64,000 bases of DNA. Origin: the human T2T-CHM13v2.0 reference genome, Homo sapiens. Below, in pieces: positions 60,335 to 64,000 of the stretch. Numbering within the stretch: position 1 is the first letter of the stretch; every line of letters starts with the position of its first letter. Below the pieces are notes generated by a model. The model did no database searches, had not been told where the DNA came from, and saw only the letters and a list, made by a program, of their open reading frames with translations. The position numbers were made by a program, and so were the translations under genes. The stretch lies in assembly GCF_009914755.1 (NCBI RefSeq), contig NC_060938.1; one strand, 5' to 3'.

Positions 60335-61606
60335 TGAGGGGTCTTCAGAAAGTTCACAGAAAATGCATATTATGTATGGATTTCAGAATGGTTTTGCACC
60401 GAAATAAACTCATACTAACATGTTATAAGATACCTGAATAGGATCTAGTTTGAGGCACTAAAAAGGGTAAGACAGCAGGACAGCAGTTTGAAAAGAACCC
60501 CTCTCAAAGCAGCATGAATTCTGCTGAAATTGAGGCAAGAGTAAACATCAAATTTATGGTGAAGCTTGGGTGGAAGAATGGTGAAATCATTGGTGCTTTA
60601 GAAAAAGTTTATGGGGACAGTGCCCTAAAGAAATCAGCAGTTGGTGGATAACTTACTCGTTTTAAGAAGAGACTAGCAAATGTTAAAGATGAAGCCTGCA
60701 GGGGCAGACCATTCACATCAATTTGTGAGGAAAAAAATTCATCTTGTTCATGCCCTAATTTAAGAAGACCAACAATTAACAGCAGAAACAATGGCCAACA
60801 CTGTGGAATCTCAGTTAATTCAGCTTACACAATCAGAACTGAAAAATTTAATTCGAGCAAACTTTCCACTAGATGGGTGGCAAAACCATTGTGCCCAAAT
60901 CAGCTACAGACAAGAGCAGAACATTCATTGGAAATTTTAAAGAAATGGGATTAAGATCCTGAAGCATTTCTTCAAAGAATTGTAACAAGAGATGAAACAT
61001 GGCTTTACCAGTATGATCCTGAAGACAAAGCACTTTCAAAGCAGTGGCTACCAAGAGGTGGAAGTGATCCAGTCAAAGCAAAGGTCAGGGCAACAGTTTT
61101 TTGGGATATTCAAGGCATTTTGCTTGCTGACTGTCTGGAGAGCCAAAGAATTGTAGCATCTGCTTATTATGAGAGTCTTTTGAGAAAGTTAGTCAAATCT
61201 TTAGCAGAAAAATGCCCGTGAAAGCTTCTCTGGAGAGTTTTTCTCCACCACAACAATGCTCCTGCTCAATACCTCTCTTCACACAAGGACAATTTTGGGA
61301 GAGTTTTGATGGGAAATCATTAGGCATTCACCCTACAGTCCTGATTTGGCTCCTTCTGGTTTCTTTTTGTTTCCTAATCTTAAAAATCTTCAAAGGGCAC
61401 CCATTTTTCTTCAATTAAAAATGTAAAAAGACTGCATTGACATGGTTAAATTCCCAGGACCCTCAGTTCTTTAGGATGCACTAGGTGGCTGGTATTATTA
61501 TAAAAATATCTTGACCTTTTGGAGCTTATGGTGAGAAATAAAGCTTATATTCTTTATTTTTATCTTTTAATTCCATTTTTTCCATGAACTTTTTGAAGTC
61601 CCTTCA
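60335..61606 (+). mobile_element. HSMAR2 mariner DNA transposon, near full length
   Basis: TIRs 'tgaggggtcttcagaaagttcacagaaaatg' and 'cattttttccatgaactttttgaagtcccttca' followed by TA; ~1.27 kb; inserted into an L1M. Confidence 0.93.
60514..61541 (+). pseudogene. Inactivated Hsmar2 transposase
   Basis: Translates to MNSAEIEARVNIKFMVKLGWKNGEI..., RWVAKPL, RIVTRDETWLYQYDPEDK, HHNNAPA, YSPDLAPSGF, with frameshifts and stops. Confidence 0.92.
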
Positions 61607-62560
61607 TATAGGGCTATTCAGGTTATCTATTTCGTCTTGAATGAGCTTTGGAAGTTTGTCTTTTAACAGATTTGTCCATCTTATCTATGTTTTCGAATTT
61701 ATTAATGTAAAATTATTCATAATAGTCTTATTATTGGGTGCTGGATTTTGACAGCTTGGGCTTCATTCTAGAAGGATGAATGAACCCATTCATTGGGTTC
61801 GATTTTTCATGGAGGATAAGTGTAGATAAGTTACTTGGGCATTAAAGAGTTTGGACCTTATTCTAGCATGTAAGTAAGTTACTTGGGCTTTAAGAAGTCT
61901 GGACTTTATTCACCATGTAGGTAAGTTACTTGGGCCCAGTTTGATCCTTTTGAGGCTTGCTTTTAACCTTCTATAGAGTTGGTTCAGGGCAGCCTTCAGA
62001 CTGAAGCTTTACTTGGCCTACTGAGGTGATATCCTTCACACTAACCTATCTGATGCCATAAATATTATAGGGTTTCTCCTCTGGCTAGTGGGAATGAGAA
62101 CTATGCCCAGCTCTATGTGAGCTGTAGGAATTGTTTGACCTATTGCTTGTCGAAGATTCTTTCCTCTGCCTTGTGGAGTTTTTTTTTTTCCACGTTAGCA
62201 CAGATCAGTAGTTAGCCAATGTACCAGGAGAACCTCTCTGAAGATCTTTGGACCTCTATCTGGGTTCCCCTACTTCCTCTTTGGGATTCTGTGCTGCCCC
62301 CCAAATTCTAGCTGCCTCTGCCTCCCAAACTTTTCTCTTTATCTTCTCAATTCAGGGAATCTTCTCAGTTCTTTTTGGATTCCTTTCCTCACTGTGGACC
62401 AAAACTGCCTCCAGTCATTAAGTTTGGGGAATCATTAGGCTCACCTAGTTTGTTTTCCTTCAGTGTCTAAAAACCATTTGATGTGTTTTATCCACTTTTC
62501 TAGTTGTTTATGGCAGAGGACAATTCCTGCAGCAATTAATATTTGATGGCCAAGAACTGA
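61607..62560 (-). mobile_element. Continuation of old L1M (including 5'-region fragments)
   Basis: 'tatagggctattcaggttatctatttc...tttgtccatcttatcta' resumes the L1 after the mariner; 'cagtttgatccttttgaggcttgctttta', 'ttaggctcacctagtttgttttcctt' are L1M 5'-like. Confidence 0.6.
61821..61937. repeat. Degenerate tandem repeat, ~47-48-bp unit, ~2.4 copies
   Basis: 'taagttacttgggc' recurs three times at 47-48-bp spacing with related intervening sequence. Confidence 0.8.
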
Positions 62561-64000
62561 AAGTTCCTGGATGTAACAGGTTATTTTTCAGAACTCCCCA
62601 AAACTGGAAGAAACGCATTGAAAAATGTGGAGGGGAAAAAAAGTACAGAGGCATCTTTTGCATAATTATGTGTGGAATATGATGCTTTTTATACTCATTC
62701 TGAGAAATGGTCCTTGAAAGTAATCACTTGCCAGTGGAAGTTTGTAGATTGTCCAGAGTTTGTGGTGCATGTGACAAGTTAAGAGTCTGAAAGGAAGTAT
62801 TTCTTTTTTATTATCAGAATCTTTGCTTTTAATTGCTTTATTCACTAAAGTGGATAACTTAGACCTCAGCTACAGTTTTCAGTTATTATACATGGAAGCT
62901 TAGGAAACATCACGACTTTTACTCTTGGAGAAAATAATTTCCAAATCCTAGACAGATGACTTTCAATTGGAAGATGCTTTTGAAAGAAAGACTCATTAGA
63001 GGGAGTTTCAGGATTTTGTCTCCTGGTTATTGAAACTTGTACTGAAGGTAAAAATCCAATGGATTTACAACTTTGCAAATCTTATATCTGAAAAAAAGAA
63101 TCCAACTTTTCCTAGAAAGCCCACTATGAGGAGCAACACCATGTTTTCTTCATTCATTCTTCCAAACGTGAAAGTCATGAAGGAATATAGGCACTCCTCT
63201 CGATGAGTGCTTTTTAAATATTTGAATGATTTTGCCTGTGAATCAGAGATAAGGTGATTCCAAGGCAATTAATTGTAGGCAATATATAGTCTTTTTCTAG
63301 GGTAGGATTGAGCGAGTAAGTGAGCCATTTGTGTTGAGCAGTGGTCCTGCCATGCCTGCTGACTTGGAATAGTCTGCTCCTTGGGTTTCTCCAGGATAAA
63401 TGTTTATGTGTCAGTCTCAGTACTTCTGCCTTTCCAGTATGATTAGAGCCATATGAAAAAGCAGTGCTGAGCAGAGGTAGGGTGGTTTCTGGTTTTTGTT
63501 TGTTTGATTGATTTGGGGTTTTCTTTTTTAACTTCAACCTTCAAGGTTGAGGTATGGTTCCATTTTTCATGGAAGATTAACCCTATTTGTGTAGGGTAAG
63601 GTGTAATTCTGGTTTCCTTCCCCCACACCCTTTAAAAAGCATACTTTAAGCCTCTCTCAACGCATCAGAGGATGATTACTGTGAGAAGGAATGTTCTCTT
63701 TTGGTAATATGGAGGGGGACGCACGAACCGAACAACCAGATGATCCAGTAAATAGGTAGGTCAAATGGAGGTGACTGGACTGGGCTCTTCAGTTACTCAT
63801 TCCTGGATTTTGTTGACTTCACACACCAGAGAGACCAGAGAGGTTCACTGTTAAGTGGCTTTATTTCTGTTTCTTTTAGAATAGATGGATAATAATTGAA
63901 TTGACCTTGGTTTGTATATTATTTCAAAACTCTAGTTGAGAAGAGTTACAGAAATAATGCCTGTGAATTGGCATATGGGAAATAGAATGTTGCTAGATAG

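Noticed and set aside
61821-61937. CRISPR-like pattern (14-bp repeat with ~33-bp spacers)
   Set aside because: Only three short repeats, the spacers resemble each other, there are no cas genes and the context is human; it is a degenerate tandem repeat

Overview
This is human (primate) genomic DNA, not prokaryotic, and no protein-coding exon can be supported in the window. About 40 kb of repeat-rich sequence (Alu, MIR, L1, L2, MaLR/ERV LTRs, hAT and Tc1/mariner fossils) leads into a strong CpG-island promoter at ~40.15-41.75 kb. The island holds a non-coding first exon ending at a GTG|GTAAGG donor (41129), followed by ~23 kb of intron. From memory of the mRNA 5' end, this is the FRMD6 (Willin) promoter on chr14q22 with the divergent FRMD6-AS1 lncRNA; this needs BLAT confirmation because the coding exons lie outside the window. 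I found no new multi-gene system. The most notable observations are: (1) three short direct duplications (~330, ~250 and ~125 bp, each ~85-87% identical, copies 2-5 kb apart) that cross repeat boundaries and look like templated repair insertions; (2) a near-pristine AluYa5 with a perfect 15-bp TSD ~0.55 kb from the island; (3) a tail-to-tail inverted Alu pair with a ~37-bp spacer; (4) a sense THE1B LTR in intron 1 that keeps a DUX4-type motif and the LTR splice donor; (5) a near full-length, inactivated HSMAR2 mariner. Repeat boundaries and subfamily calls were made by eye and are approximate.
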